Positions 17,213 through 27,633 are shown, counted from the stretch's first letter. The stretch: DNA of 64,000 bases from an uncultured Candidatus Saccharibacteria bacterium (GCA_964525595.1 CAZGHF010000001.1:29509-93508), one strand, 5' to 3'. The notes: generated by a model not told the origin, from the sequence alone. Program-made: numbers and translations.

Positions 17213-18567
17213 TGGATTTTAAGAACAAAAAAGTTCTCGTAATGGGTTTAGGTCTTCTGGGCGGCGGCGTTGCCACAACAAAATGGCTCACGCGTCACGG
17301 CGCCAGGGTTACAGTTACGGACTTAAAAACAAGGAAAGAACTCTCATCATCTGTAAAAGCGCTTGGCCCGGCAGCAAAAAAAATTCGCTTCGTTTTAGGA
17401 AAGCATCGCGTGGAAGATTTTAAGAGAAATGAAATTATAGTCGTGAATCCCGGTGTGCCGAGAACGAGTAAATTTCTGAAAATCGCAAAAAAGGCAGACG
17501 CGAAGCTTGAAAACGAGGCCAGCATCTTTTTTAGAATTTGTCAGAACCCGATAATTGGTGTGACCGGCACGAGAGGTAAAACCACGACTGTAAACTGGCT
17601 CCATCACATTTTAAAGAAGAGATATCGAAAAGCGGCATTAACCGGCAACTCTTCCGATAACCCCATGCTTAAGGTTCTTGATAAATTGGATGGGATAAGT
17701 CCGGTGGTGGTTGAACTTTCTTCCTGGCATCTTGAGTTTTTGCCAAAATCAAAAAAATCACCGCACATTGCGGTTATCACCAACATTTATCCCGATCACT
17801 TGAATCGTTACCCAAGTATGAGATCGTACGTTCTGGCCAAAGCAAACATTTTTAAAAATCAGTCCGCGGATGACTTCCTTCTTTTAAACAAAGACAATCT
17901 CTGGACTAAATTTTTTATTAAACTTAAACCTAAATCCGAAATTGTTTATTTTCCTGTTCCCACTGGTATCAATTTAGAAAAGTTTAAGCGTCTCGGTCTT
18001 CATAATTTTTATAATTTAAACATCGCGATTCTAATAGCGCGTCACCTCGGCGTTAAGATTTCCGAAATAAAAGCCGCTCTCCGTGCCCTGCCGCAAGTCA
18101 GGTTTCGGCAGGAAGTGATTATTGACAGGAAAAACCTCAAAATTGTTAATGATACAACCGCCACCACCCCGGAAGCGAGTGAAGCAGTAATTAAGAGGTT
18201 TGCCGGCCAGGGAAATATTATTCTTATAAGCGGCGGTACTGATAAAAAGCTGGAATTTTCCAACTGGGCGAGGACTGTGGAGACTTCGGTTCGACCGGAG
18301 AACCTTTATTTATTGGAGGGCAGTGCTACCAAAAAGATGGCTAAATCTTTGGGAAAAATTGGCTATTTCAAGAAAACCGAGCCCCAGATTTTTGAAAACC
18401 TCTCTTTCCTAATAAAAGAAGTCAAAAAAAATATTAAATCCGGAACCGACGGAGGAAAAACCGTCTTATTTTCGCCGGCCGCGACGAGTTTCGAAAAATT
18501 CAAAAACGAGTTTGACAGAGGAAAGCAGTTCAACCGTCTTGCGCGAAGAGGTTTTAATCAATTTTAA
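17212..18567 (+). CDS. murD: UDP-N-acetylmuramoylalanine--D-glutamate ligase
   Basis: N-terminal Rossmann segment KVLVMGLGLLGGGVATTKWLTRHGARVTVTD, Mur ligase P-loop GVTGTRGKTTT, C-terminal Mur ligase domain. Confidence 0.75.
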   Translation: MDFKNKKVLVMGLGLLGGGVATTKWLTRHGARVTVTDLKTRKELSSSVKALGPAAKKIRFVLGKHRVEDFKRNEIIVVNPGVPRTSKFLKIAKKADAKLENEASIFFRICQNPIIGVTGTRGKTTTVNWLHHILKKRYRKAALTGNSSDNPMLKVLDKLDGISPVVVELSSWHLEFLPKSKKSPHIAVITNIYPDHLNRYPSMRSYVLAKANIFKNQSADDFLLLNKDNLWTKFFIKLKPKSEIVYFPVPTGINLEKFKRLGLHNFYNLNIAILIARHLGVKISEIKAALRALPQVRFRQEVIIDRKNLKIVNDTTATTPEASEAVIKRFAGQGNIILISGGTDKKLEFSNWARTVETSVRPENLYLLEGSATKKMAKSLGKIGYFKKTEPQIFENLSFLIKEVKKNIKSGTDGGKTVLFSPAATSFEKFKNEFDRGKQFNRLARRGFNQF

Positions 18568-18994
18568 TTTTCAACCTCTTCGCTTTCTTACGGTTCAGCT
18601 TCGGCATTTTTATCGTAAGGACGCCGTTTTTCAGAACAGCCGTTGATTTTTCCGGATCAACTTCTTCCGGGAGGATAATCGAGCGGGAGAACCGCCCCCA
18701 GAAACATTCCTGGTAAAAGTAGTCTTTGTCCTCAATTTTTTCTATTTTTCCCCTCTTTCCTTTTACGGTAACCGACTCATTGGTAATGTTTATTTCTAAA
18801 TCTTCCGGGTTCACGCCGGCAACCGTTGATTGGACAACGATACTGTCTTTATTATGATAAACATCGACGGTTAGCTGACCTTCGCTTTCCTCATCAATTT
18901 CAAAAACTTCGTCTTCGGTTTCAATTTGGAGCGGCTTGGGTTCAGCCTTTACTTTGGCTAATTCTACAAAGATATCGTCTTTATCTTGTTCCAT
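18554..18994 (-). CDS. Hsp20/alpha-crystallin family small heat-shock protein
   Basis: Alpha-crystallin domain pattern (LTVDVYHNKDSIVVQSTVAGVNPEDLEINITNESVTVKGKR...GVLTIKMPK). Convergent 14-nt overlap with the murD 3' end. Confidence 0.8.
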   Translation of the reverse strand: MEQDKDDIFVELAKVKAEPKPLQIETEDEVFEIDEESEGQLTVDVYHNKDSIVVQSTVAGVNPEDLEINITNESVTVKGKRGKIEKIEDKDYFYQECFWGRFSRSIILPEEVDPEKSTAVLKNGVLTIKMPKLNRKKAKRLKIKID

Positions 18995-19034
18995 GCCCGC
19001 ATTATATCAGAACTTGTTGCTTGTGTATAGAAAT

Positions 19035-19694
19035 TTAGGAGGTTTTCAGTTTTTCAAAGTCCTGAAATACGAAAAAAGAGACAAAAATAATAAAGATACC
19101 GGCATAAAGCAAACTGTTGTCGGGAAAGACAAGAATCAGGTAATTGAATATCGAGTGAACAAGTGTTGCGACAACTAAACCCAGGCCGACCCGCCTTTTC
19201 GCCCAATAGAACCCAAGAAATGCCGATGAGACAACATGAAGAAGAGTCGCGCCCACAAACCTCAGAATCAAAACGTTAAGTGTGGAAGAGAGAGATGCTA
19301 GGGAAATGTTATCAAGAACGCTACCAATAATGAAAAGATTCTCAACCATTGCAAAACCGAGTGCCGCCGCAATCATGTAAACCATCGCGTCAACGGGCTC
19401 GTCGAAAGAAGGGTTACGTCTTATTCCCAACCAGACAGCCAGAAATTTAAAAAGCTCCTCGCTAAAAGCCAGGAGAATCACAATCGGCAGATTCACGATA
19501 AGGACGTTCAGGACTTCCTGGATACCAATTTGAAGGAGGAGGGCGGGAACGGTTGAAAGAGCGCCGAGACTCAGAGCATAAAGGATAAGTTTTTTTGGTT
19601 CAGGATGAACGTCTTCCCTTAAGAAGAAAATAAGCCAGGCAAAACTTGGCAGAATTGCCCCGATTGTAATGAGAATCCCCGTAAGGAAGAACAT
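19035..19694 (-). CDS. PrsW-like intramembrane metalloprotease family membrane protein
   Basis: Polytopic protein with EExxK (AFSEELFKF), later conserved His (LLHVVSSAF) and HxxxN (HSIFNY) motifs in the PrsW/CPBP arrangement. Confidence 0.5.
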   Translation of the reverse strand: MFFLTGILITIGAILPSFAWLIFFLREDVHPEPKKLILYALSLGALSTVPALLLQIGIQEVLNVLIVNLPIVILLAFSEELFKFLAVWLGIRRNPSFDEPVDAMVYMIAAALGFAMVENLFIIGSVLDNISLASLSSTLNVLILRFVGATLLHVVSSAFLGFYWAKRRVGLGLVVATLVHSIFNYLILVFPDNSLLYAGIFIIFVSFFVFQDFEKLKTS

Positions 19695-19703
19695 TTCTTT
19701 ATG

Positions 19704-22241
19704 CTACCATTCTTCAACAAGAAGAAGCTTACTGTTTTGAGCGAAAACCTCCTGATAAATTTGTTCCGTAACGAAAGGCATAAACGGGTGAAGCATCTTA
19801 AGGGATTCCTTATAAATTGTCTCAAGAAGACAATAAGCACCCAGTTTATCTTCTTCACCGCCGTTTTTTAATCGTTCTTTTCTTTCTTCCAGAATATTAT
19901 TGGCAAACGTGTTCCAGAGGAAGTGATAAATCTTTTCGCAGGCGAGGTGGAGCTCAAAGTTTTCATAGTGTTTTGTAATTTCTTTTTTAATTTTCTCTAA
20001 TTCTTTTAACCTTTTTTTATCATCAGGTTTTAAAAATTTCTCACCATCCCCCTGCTTATAGTCGTTGGGTTTATTCATAAGCAAAAATCTTCCAACATTC
20101 CAGACTTTGTTGGCAAAGTGCTTATAAGCTTTTACTCTCTCTATCTGGAAAACCGGATCGTTGCCTATAGCTACCCCAGAGACAAGAGCCATTCTAAGAG
20201 CGTCGGCTCCATAGAGTTCAATCACTTCTCGTGGGTCACCGCCAATACCCGAAGACTTGCTGAACTTTCTTCCTTTTTCGTCTCGAACAATACCGTGCAT
20301 AAGCGCCGTTTTAAAAGGAATTTCGCCGAGAAGAAAACCGCTTAGGAAGATCATTCTTGAGATCCAAAGGTAGAGTATCTCATATCCTGGGCTCATTAGA
20401 TTGGTTGGGTGATAGGTTTTCAGGTCGTCCGTTTCCTCCGGCCAGCCTAGAGTTGAGAAGGTCCAGAGTCCACTGGAAAACCAAGTATCAAGCGTGTCAG
20501 GGTCCTGTGTGAGATTTTCGTTCCTGCCGCAGCTGAGGCATGCGGTGGGTTTGTCTTTTGAAACGACCAAATTACCACAGCCGTTTTTAGGCATCGTGGA
20601 GTCGAAGGTGTACGTATAGAGCCAAGCGGGGGTATTTTCCGTTATCTCTTTTTCCGGATAATGTCGCTTGAAAGCCACGATTAGTTCACCGCGGTTTTCG
20701 TACGTTTTCCAGTGCCGCTTGTCTTTGAGGTCTATCTCACCGACGGTCATTTTCAGAACCTCCGTTATCGTGCCGTATCCGAAAACGGTTCGTTTTGCGC
20801 TGTCCTCGAACGCGACTTTGTCACCCACTGCTAAACCATAGTCGCGCAGGCGGTAGGTAAGGGTTTTCTCGTTGAACACCTGTGGGACGACGTCGCCCGC
20901 AAAACCCATCCGCTTCATCGTTTGAGCCTTTTTACCGCAGTACCAAACGGGTATTCTGTGACCAAACCAAATTTGACGCGAGATACACCAATCACGGAGG
21001 TTATCGATCCAATGAAAGTAACGTTTCTCAAATTGCTCGGGTGTAATCTTTATCTGGCCACTTGAGATGGTTTTGCGCATTATCTCTTTTAGAGTTGTCT
21101 CGTTTTCTGCTCGGATTCCTTTGAGTTTGGAATTTTTAAGCTTAAATTTTTTATTTACATTCACAAACCACTGTTTCATAATCTGGGGCTCAATGACACC
21201 GTTGCCGCGAGAGTTCGTGGCAATGCGGTGGGTATAGTTTTCTTCAGTACGAACGAGAAGGCTTTTTTGTTTGAGTTTGGCAACAATACGCGACCGGGCC
21301 TCGGTAATGGATAATCCTTTAAATTCTTCGGCAATAGGAAGCAGTTTTCCTTCCAAGTCTATAATTTGTTCTTTCTCTAAGTTGTGCCTTTCCGCGATTT
21401 CAAAATCGGTATTATCGTGCCAGGGGGTGATGGTCATGACTCCAGTGCCGAATTCCATATCTATCACCTCATCTTTAATAATCGTGGCCGTAATTGGTCC
21501 GTTAATCCATTCAAGCTCAATTTTTTGGCCATGTTCATATTTTTCGTAACGTTTGTCTTTAGGATGCATTACTACGTACTTGTCACCAAATTTTGTCTCG
21601 GGCCGAGCTGTGCCGATTTCAAAAGGACCGTACTTTAAGTAATAAAAAGCTGTTTGTTCTTCAACCCACTCAATCTCGTCATCGGAAACAGTTGTTTGGC
21701 CTTTAGGGTCCCAGTTCACGATGCGGTGTCCTCGGTAGATAAGTCCGGCATCGTACATTTTTTTAAAAGCGGCATAAACCGCTTTAGCCCGCTTTTCGTC
21801 TAGTGTGAAAGCAAGTCGGCTCCAATCAAGTGAGACGCCCATTTTGCGGAGCTGTGTAAGAATCATATTTTGGCTTTCCAGGGCGAATTCCATAACACGC
21901 CGCAAAAGTTCTTCCCTGCCCAAATCGTGACGCGATTTTCCTTCTTCTTCATATATTTTTTTTTCCACTTTGGCTTGAGTAGCAATGGCGGCATGATCGG
22001 TTCCGGGTACCCAGAGAGTTTTTTTCCCGCGCATTCTTTCAAATCGTACGAGAATGTCTTGAAGAGTGGTTTCGTAAGCTTGCCCAATGTGGAGAGTGCC
22101 GGTTACGTTCGGAGGAGGCAGAGCTATAGAAAAAGTTTCTTTTCTCTCTCCCGGCAGTTTGTCGGGTGCGAAATAACCCGATTTCTCCCACATCCGGTAA
22201 ATTTTATCTTCTAATTCAAGATGATTGAAATTTTTGTCCAT
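19704..22241 (-). CDS. valS: valine--tRNA ligase
   Basis: Class I HIGH region PPPNVTGTLHIGQAY, KMSKS-like KFSKSSG, 845 aa. Confidence 0.9.
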   Translation of the reverse strand: MDKNFNHLELEDKIYRMWEKSGYFAPDKLPGERKETFSIALPPPNVTGTLHIGQAYETTLQDILVRFERMRGKKTLWVPGTDHAAIATQAKVEKKIYEEEGKSRHDLGREELLRRVMEFALESQNMILTQLRKMGVSLDWSRLAFTLDEKRAKAVYAAFKKMYDAGLIYRGHRIVNWDPKGQTTVSDDEIEWVEEQTAFYYLKYGPFEIGTARPETKFGDKYVVMHPKDKRYEKYEHGQKIELEWINGPITATIIKDEVIDMEFGTGVMTITPWHDNTDFEIAERHNLEKEQIIDLEGKLLPIAEEFKGLSITEARSRIVAKLKQKSLLVRTEENYTHRIATNSRGNGVIEPQIMKQWFVNVNKKFKLKNSKLKGIRAENETTLKEIMRKTISSGQIKITPEQFEKRYFHWIDNLRDWCISRQIWFGHRIPVWYCGKKAQTMKRMGFAGDVVPQVFNEKTLTYRLRDYGLAVGDKVAFEDSAKRTVFGYGTITEVLKMTVGEIDLKDKRHWKTYENRGELIVAFKRHYPEKEITENTPAWLYTYTFDSTMPKNGCGNLVVSKDKPTACLSCGRNENLTQDPDTLDTWFSSGLWTFSTLGWPEETDDLKTYHPTNLMSPGYEILYLWISRMIFLSGFLLGEIPFKTALMHGIVRDEKGRKFSKSSGIGGDPREVIELYGADALRMALVSGVAIGNDPVFQIERVKAYKHFANKVWNVGRFLLMNKPNDYKQGDGEKFLKPDDKKRLKELEKIKKEITKHYENFELHLACEKIYHFLWNTFANNILEERKERLKNGGEEDKLGAYCLLETIYKESLKMLHPFMPFVTEQIYQEVFAQNSKLLLVEEW

Positions 22242-22255
22242 GACCCCTTTGGATA

Positions 22256-23296
22256 TTATAGATTCAAATTTGCCTGGGCGCGAATGAAGCGTTTCTTTTT
22301 TTTCAGATACTGGATATAACCGGCAACGGCGATGATTGTGGCGTTGTCGGTGTTGAACTTTTTGGGCGATACGAGAAATTTAACGTTTAACTTCTTACAT
22401 TTAACCCTTAACTCCCGGCGTAATGCGTTGTTTGAGGCTACGCCGCCGGAGAGCATAACTGATTTCACACCGAATTCTTCAGCGGCTCGCATTGTTTTAG
22501 AAACAAGAGTCTCAATAGCCGCTCTTTGGAACGCGGCGGCAACGTTAGCCTTTTTAATTCTTTTGTGGTCGCGGAGATAGTAGAGAACGGAAGTCTTCAG
22601 TCCCGAGAAACTAAAGTCATAATTTTTGGAGTTTATCATTGGTCTTGGAAAGTCTATTGAAGTTGGGTTTCCATGACCGGAAAGTTTCTCAAGCTCCGGT
22701 CCGCCGGGATAAGGGAGACCGAGCATCCGGGCAACTTTATCAAAAGCCTCGCCGGCAGCATCATCCCGGGTTTCGCCAAGTTTTTCCCAATCAGTCATTG
22801 ATTTCATTAAAACCAAAATTGTGTGTCCGCCTGAAACCAGAAGGTGGATTGCCGGAAAAACGTTTAAAGCTTGGCCTTTGATACTTGACCCGCGGGCAAG
22901 AAGAAAACTGTATAAGTGACCCTCCAAGTGATTAACGCCTATCAACTCGGCGGTCGATTGTTTGTTTTTGATTGTCAATTGTTGGTGTGTTTCTTTGGCA
23001 AAGTTGACGCCGGCCCAAAGCGCCGGCTCAAGCCCCGGCCCTACTGTTACGGTGATTAAGTCAGGATTTAGAGCAGAAGACTTGGGACTTAGTTTTTTTA
23101 AAAGGACTGGCAAATTTTTTAGGTGTTCGCGTTTGGCGAGGTTTGGCACTACACCGCCAAAAGGGGCGTGAACTTTAATTTGTGACGAGACCAGGTTTTT
23201 GATGATTTTAAATTTGGGCGTTCTCAATCCGCCGCTTGCCTCCAAGAGCGTTATTCCTGTTTCATCGCAGGAAGTTTCAATTGCCAATATTCTCAT
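22256..23296 (-). CDS. tsaD: tRNA N6-adenosine threonylcarbamoyltransferase TsaD (Kae1/YgjD family)
   Basis: MRILAIETSCDETGI..., HLEGH metal-binding motifs, 346 aa. Confidence 0.9.
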   Translation of the reverse strand: MRILAIETSCDETGITLLEASGGLRTPKFKIIKNLVSSQIKVHAPFGGVVPNLAKREHLKNLPVLLKKLSPKSSALNPDLITVTVGPGLEPALWAGVNFAKETHQQLTIKNKQSTAELIGVNHLEGHLYSFLLARGSSIKGQALNVFPAIHLLVSGGHTILVLMKSMTDWEKLGETRDDAAGEAFDKVARMLGLPYPGGPELEKLSGHGNPTSIDFPRPMINSKNYDFSFSGLKTSVLYYLRDHKRIKKANVAAAFQRAAIETLVSKTMRAAEEFGVKSVMLSGGVASNNALRRELRVKCKKLNVKFLVSPKKFNTDNATIIAVAGYIQYLKKKKRFIRAQANLNL

Positions 23297-23375
23297 GATT
23301 GTTATAATATAATTGAAATTTCGTTAATTTCAAAAGTCGTTTTTCGCATATTCTAAGTTACTAGTTACTTAAGTC

Positions 23376-23786
23376 ATGATTCAGCCGTTTTTAGTTTTCA
23401 GCAGTTTCAGCATCCTGGTTTTAAGGGTAGTTTTGGGAATTATCATGGTCGTTCATGGTCTTCCTAAGATTAAGAACTTGAAGGGAGCGGCCGCCGGTTT
23501 CGAGAAAATGGGTTTCAAGCCCGGTAATTTTTGGGCGGTAATCGCCATTTTTGTGGAGCTTGTGGGGGGCTTAGGATTAATCCTCGGTTTTCTTACCCAG
23601 TTTTTTGCTCTTCTTATAGCTCTTCAGTTTGCTGTGATTCTTATAAAGTTTAAGTTAAGACCTGGTTCTTGTCTTGCCGACGGTTATGAATTTGACCTTT
23701 TGATTTTTGCCGCTGCCCTTGCTCTTGCAACTTTGGGGAGCGGCGCTCTTAGCCTTGATAGTTATCTTGGGTTAATAATTTATTGA
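23376..23786 (+). CDS. DoxX family membrane protein
   Basis: 136-aa protein with four TM helices and DoxX-like N-terminus (LRVVLGIIMVVHGLPKI). Confidence 0.6.
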   Translation: MIQPFLVFSSFSILVLRVVLGIIMVVHGLPKIKNLKGAAAGFEKMGFKPGNFWAVIAIFVELVGGLGLILGFLTQFFALLIALQFAVILIKFKLRPGSCLADGYEFDLLIFAAALALATLGSGALSLDSYLGLIIY

Positions 23787-24304
23787 TGCGTGAACATTTT
23801 ACCGAAGCTGTCGTTTTGGGGACCACCCCCCTCGGTCTCTCTGATCGGGTTGTTAATTTATATACCAGAGATTTTGGCCGGTTGGAGGCTAAAGTCGTGG
23901 CAGCAAGAAAAATAACTTCAAAACTTTCTCCTCACCTTGAAGAGGGAAATCTCATAGAAACGCGTCTTGTCGAAAAAAAACGTTTTATTGTAACCGACGC
24001 CGTTTTAAAAAAAAGGTTCACGAAAAACATCCAGGTTTTTGAAGTTTTGTTTTTACTTAAATCTCTCCTGCCGGAACTTGTTCCCGATTTGAGATTATGG
24101 CACGGTCTTATTCAAAGCCTTCAGAAAGAGAGCATGGACAAAAAAATTTTTCTTAAACTTCTTGGTTATAATGCTGTTTTTGCAAGCTGTGAAAGTTGTG
24201 GGAGTCGCCAAATAAACTATTTTTCGATTCTGGACCAGGTCTTTTTGTGTCATCGATGTTTCAGGAACATGTCGTCCCTTAAATTTAAGGTAATTTCTAT
24301 ATAA
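23783..24304 (+). CDS. recO: DNA repair protein RecO (short form)
   Basis: N-terminal OB-fold (EAVVLGTTPLGLSDRVVNLYTRDFGRLEAKV) and C-terminal Cys4 cluster CESCGS...CHRC. Start overlaps the upstream stop. Confidence 0.6.
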   Translation: MMREHFTEAVVLGTTPLGLSDRVVNLYTRDFGRLEAKVVAARKITSKLSPHLEEGNLIETRLVEKKRFIVTDAVLKKRFTKNIQVFEVLFLLKSLLPELVPDLRLWHGLIQSLQKESMDKKIFLKLLGYNAVFASCESCGSRQINYFSILDQVFLCHRCFRNMSSLKFKVISI

Positions 24305-24311
24305 TTTAGTT

Positions 24312-26117
24312 ATGACTAAAACCCGAGAAAAATCTAAAACAAAAACGAAGAAAACAAAGTCAAAGCCGAAAATAAGAGAAGCTCAAAAGATTAACGTGCC
24401 AGTTTGGTTCGGGAAGCTCGTCTTTGCAGCTTCGGTGGCCATTGTTCTTATTATTCTCGCCGCTACCGTGTTCTTCGTAAATTTTTTCAGGAGCGGAGGC
24501 AACGTCGTGGTTGAATTGGAGGGACCGGATGAAGTTTTAAGAGGCGTTCCTTTTGAGGTGGACGTAAGCATAAGCAATGAGACAGATTCGCTTGTGACCG
24601 GCGCCGAGCTTATAGTTTCTCCCGGTGAAGGAATCAGGAACTTGGGGAATCTGGACGGAAACGGGGCTTTTAATGACCAGATCGGCGATTTGGGAGAAGG
24701 CAGTCTTGCAAAAAGAACTTACCGATTTTTGGCAATTTCTTCTGACGGCGAAGGAGAAATTGCTTTTAATCTTTCTTATTTTTCGTCCCACAATAAAAAT
24801 TTCGAAACAAAAGCAATTCGGAAAATAAAAATAGGCGGTTCAGCCGTTGAAGTTGAGGTTCAGAAACCTGAACAAATTTTGCCCGGTTCGGTCTTTGAAA
24901 TTAATATTCAATACGAGAATAATTCCGACTTCGATTTGCCGGAGGCGATTCTGGAAGTAGAGTACCCATCTTCTTTCAGGTTTAGAGACGCGAGTCTGAG
25001 GCCTGACTCTCTGAATAATTATTGGCGGCTTGGCGAATTAAGGAGCAAGTCGAGCGGCAGTCTGAAAATCAGAGGAGTGCTTGATAGCGGCGGCAGCAGC
25101 TCTTTTGTCATGCCTGTCATTCTTAGCGCGGGATTTTTGGGCGAAATTTTTCCCGTTACAGAAGAACTGGTGGAGCTTACTGTTTCGCCTTCGCCGGTGG
25201 GCTTGGAAATATTCGTTAACCGCAGGGAGAACTACGTTGCAAGAATTGGTGACCGCTTAACCTATACAATTCGATATGAGAATTCAAGCGGCATAGCTCT
25301 TACTGATGTCGTGATAAAAGCGGAATTAACCGGCGAACTTTACGATTTTTCCGGTCTTTCTTCGAATGGGAATGTTAATCTTGGCGCCCGAACCGTTACT
25401 TGGGACGTTTCTAACCTTCCGGTTTTAAGGTTAGTTGATGCCGGAGTCTTGGGTGAAGTTAATTTCGAGGTAAAAATAGAAGACCAATTCCCGATAAGTC
25501 GTCTGAACGACAAAAACTTCTCTCTCAATTTGCGGGCTGAAATCACTTCGCCCTCAGTGCCTTATTATCTTTCCGCCTCCGAAACGAGAGCTGAGGCGGT
25601 TTTGGAAACTAAAGTAGCCGGTTTGGTTCGGGTTGATGCACAGGCTTTTTATCGCGACACCTTATCAAAAGTGGTAAATGACGGTCCGGTACCGCCCAAA
25701 GTGGGAGAGCCTACGGAATACACTATTCACTGGTTCATTAGGAATTACGGAACGGATGTAAGCAACACCTCTGTAAAGGCATACCTTCCCCAAAACGTGA
25801 GATGGACCGGGATTGTAAAAAGTAATACCGAGACCGTTCCGCTTTACAACGAAGAGACCCGGGAAGTTGTCTGGAACATTGGCAAAATTCGGGCAACCAA
25901 AGGGGTTTTGGACGCGCCGCTCGCTGCTGTTTTCCAGATTGAAGGAACTCCCGCTCAGTCCGATTTGGGTAATTTCCAAAATCTTATCTCGGCAACAATT
26001 CTCTTGGCGACGGACGACTTTACCGGCTTGAAACTCACCGGCTCCGACGTTGCTTTAAACACTTCTTTGCCTGATGATGTAACTGTAGGCGAGAGCGGCG
26101 GCAGAGTTTTTCCTTAA
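24312..26117 (+). CDS. large membrane-anchored extracellular protein of unknown function
   Basis: Lys-rich cytoplasmic N-terminus, one TM helix (VFAASVAIVLIILAATVFFV), about 540 aa of beta-rich extracellular sequence. No family recognised. Confidence 0.5.
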   Translation: MTKTREKSKTKTKKTKSKPKIREAQKINVPVWFGKLVFAASVAIVLIILAATVFFVNFFRSGGNVVVELEGPDEVLRGVPFEVDVSISNETDSLVTGAELIVSPGEGIRNLGNLDGNGAFNDQIGDLGEGSLAKRTYRFLAISSDGEGEIAFNLSYFSSHNKNFETKAIRKIKIGGSAVEVEVQKPEQILPGSVFEINIQYENNSDFDLPEAILEVEYPSSFRFRDASLRPDSLNNYWRLGELRSKSSGSLKIRGVLDSGGSSSFVMPVILSAGFLGEIFPVTEELVELTVSPSPVGLEIFVNRRENYVARIGDRLTYTIRYENSSGIALTDVVIKAELTGELYDFSGLSSNGNVNLGARTVTWDVSNLPVLRLVDAGVLGEVNFEVKIEDQFPISRLNDKNFSLNLRAEITSPSVPYYLSASETRAEAVLETKVAGLVRVDAQAFYRDTLSKVVNDGPVPPKVGEPTEYTIHWFIRNYGTDVSNTSVKAYLPQNVRWTGIVKSNTETVPLYNEETREVVWNIGKIRATKGVLDAPLAAVFQIEGTPAQSDLGNFQNLISATILLATDDFTGLKLTGSDVALNTSLPDDVTVGESGGRVFP

Positions 26118-26123
26118 AATATT

Positions 26124-27383
26124 ATGGTAACACTTGAGAAAATAGTTTCGCTGGCTAAAAGGCGGGGATTCGTTTATCCCGGCTCGGAGATTTATGGTGG
26201 GCTTGCCGGAGTGTGGGACTTGGGACCATTGGGAGTCGAACTTACCCACAATATTAAGGATCTTTGGTGGGAACATTTTGTAAGGAATCATGATGAAATG
26301 TACGGACTTCAATCAAGTGTTCTGATGCCCGAGCCGGTTTGGAAAGCTTCAGGGCACGTAGAAGGATTCACCGATCCTCTGGTGGAATGTAAGAAATGCA
26401 GAAAGAGATTTAAAGAAGACGATTTCACCGGCAAGAAATGTCCGGAGTGCGGCGGGGAGTTATCCAAACCGAAGCAATTTAATATGATGTTTAAAACTGA
26501 AGATGCTTATTTAAGACCGGAGATTGCTCAGGGAATGTTTGTTAATTTTAAAAACGTTTTGGATACCATGCATCCTGCATTTCCTTTCGGTATCGCTCAA
26601 ATCGGACGTGCCTTCAGAAACGAGATTTCCCCTCGGGAATTTATTTTTCGTGTCCGGGAATTCGATCTTATGGAATTTGAATATTTTGTTAGGGAACCGG
26701 AATGGAAGAAACATTTTGAGAAATGGAGGAAAGAAATTTGGAGTTGGATAGAAAACGTTGGCATTGATAAGAAAAAAGTTCACGAATTCGAAGTCCCCAA
26801 AAAAGAACGAGCCCATTATTCGGAACGCACCGTCGATTTTGAATTCGATTATCCCTTCGGCCGCAAGGAATTGTACGGCCTTGCCTATCGCGGCGATTAC
26901 GACCTGAAACGTCACATAGAGCACTCCGGCGTTGACCTTCGCTACACCGATCCGGTCTCCGGCGAGAAATTTATTCCCCACGTGGTAGAGCCGACGTTTG
27001 GTCTCGGGCGAACCCTGCTCGCGGTTCTTTTATCCGTCTATCGGGAGGATGGCGACCGGGTTTTTCTCTCGCTCCCTTCCAAAATTTCCCCCTACAAAGC
27101 CGCCGTTTTTCCGCTTTTAGCCAATAAACCCGAACTGGTGAAACTGGCGAGGTCAATTTATGACGATTTGAAAAAAGATTTCGTCGTCGCTTGGGATAAC
27201 CGCGGCAATATCGGCAAGCGCTATTACAGCCAGGATGAAATTGGTACACCTTACTGCATCACTGTTGATTTTGAAAGCTTGGAAGACAAAAGCGTTACCG
27301 TCCGCGACCGCGATTCGGCGAAACAGACAAGGGTAAAAATCGGCGAACTCTCAAAGTACCTCGAAGAAAAACTCAAATCTTAA
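26124..27383 (+). CDS. glyQS: glycine--tRNA ligase (dimeric alpha2 type)
   Basis: N-terminus MVTLEKIVSLAKRRGFVYPGSEIYGGLAGVWDLGPLGVEL and class II motifs. 419 aa. Confidence 0.9.
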   Translation: MVTLEKIVSLAKRRGFVYPGSEIYGGLAGVWDLGPLGVELTHNIKDLWWEHFVRNHDEMYGLQSSVLMPEPVWKASGHVEGFTDPLVECKKCRKRFKEDDFTGKKCPECGGELSKPKQFNMMFKTEDAYLRPEIAQGMFVNFKNVLDTMHPAFPFGIAQIGRAFRNEISPREFIFRVREFDLMEFEYFVREPEWKKHFEKWRKEIWSWIENVGIDKKKVHEFEVPKKERAHYSERTVDFEFDYPFGRKELYGLAYRGDYDLKRHIEHSGVDLRYTDPVSGEKFIPHVVEPTFGLGRTLLAVLLSVYREDGDRVFLSLPSKISPYKAAVFPLLANKPELVKLARSIYDDLKKDFVVAWDNRGNIGKRYYSQDEIGTPYCITVDFESLEDKSVTVRDRDSAKQTRVKIGELSKYLEEKLKS

Positions 27384-27400
27384 GAGTGAAGGAAAAATAG

Positions 27401-27440
27401 TTGCCCTATATTTTAATACGTATTAAAATATAGGGCAACT
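27401..27440. repeat. 40-bp perfect palindrome gttgccctatattttaatac|gtattaaaatatagggcaac (hairpin terminator candidate)
   Basis: Perfectly self-complementary, 15 nt after the glyQS stop. Shares the GTTGCCC...GGGCAAC ends with the palindrome at 30995. Coordinates may be off by 1. Confidence 0.7.
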
Positions 27441-27456
27441 AAGCTGTAATAATTTT

Positions 27457-27633
27457 ATGGGTAGACGGAGAACTTCTGAAGAAAATATCAGAAAAATACA
27501 AAAAGTGAGCCGGAGTTATTACGTTACGATTCCGATTTCATTCATCCGCGAGTTTGGCTGGCGGGAAGGACAAAAACTTGTGGTTGAGAAAAATAAAAAA
27601 GGCGAAATCATTATTAAGGACTGGAAGCCATAA
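27457..27633 (+). CDS. AbrB/MazE/SpoVT-type swapped-hairpin domain protein, 58 aa (not in ORF track)
   Basis: My own translation: MGRRRTSEENIRKIQKVSRSYYVTIPISFIREFGWREGQKLVVEKNKKGEIIIKDWKP. The stop overlaps the ATG of the downstream M16 peptidase gene (TAATG). Confidence 0.55.
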   Translation: MGRRRTSEENIRKIQKVSRSYYVTIPISFIREFGWREGQKLVVEKNKKGEIIIKDWKP

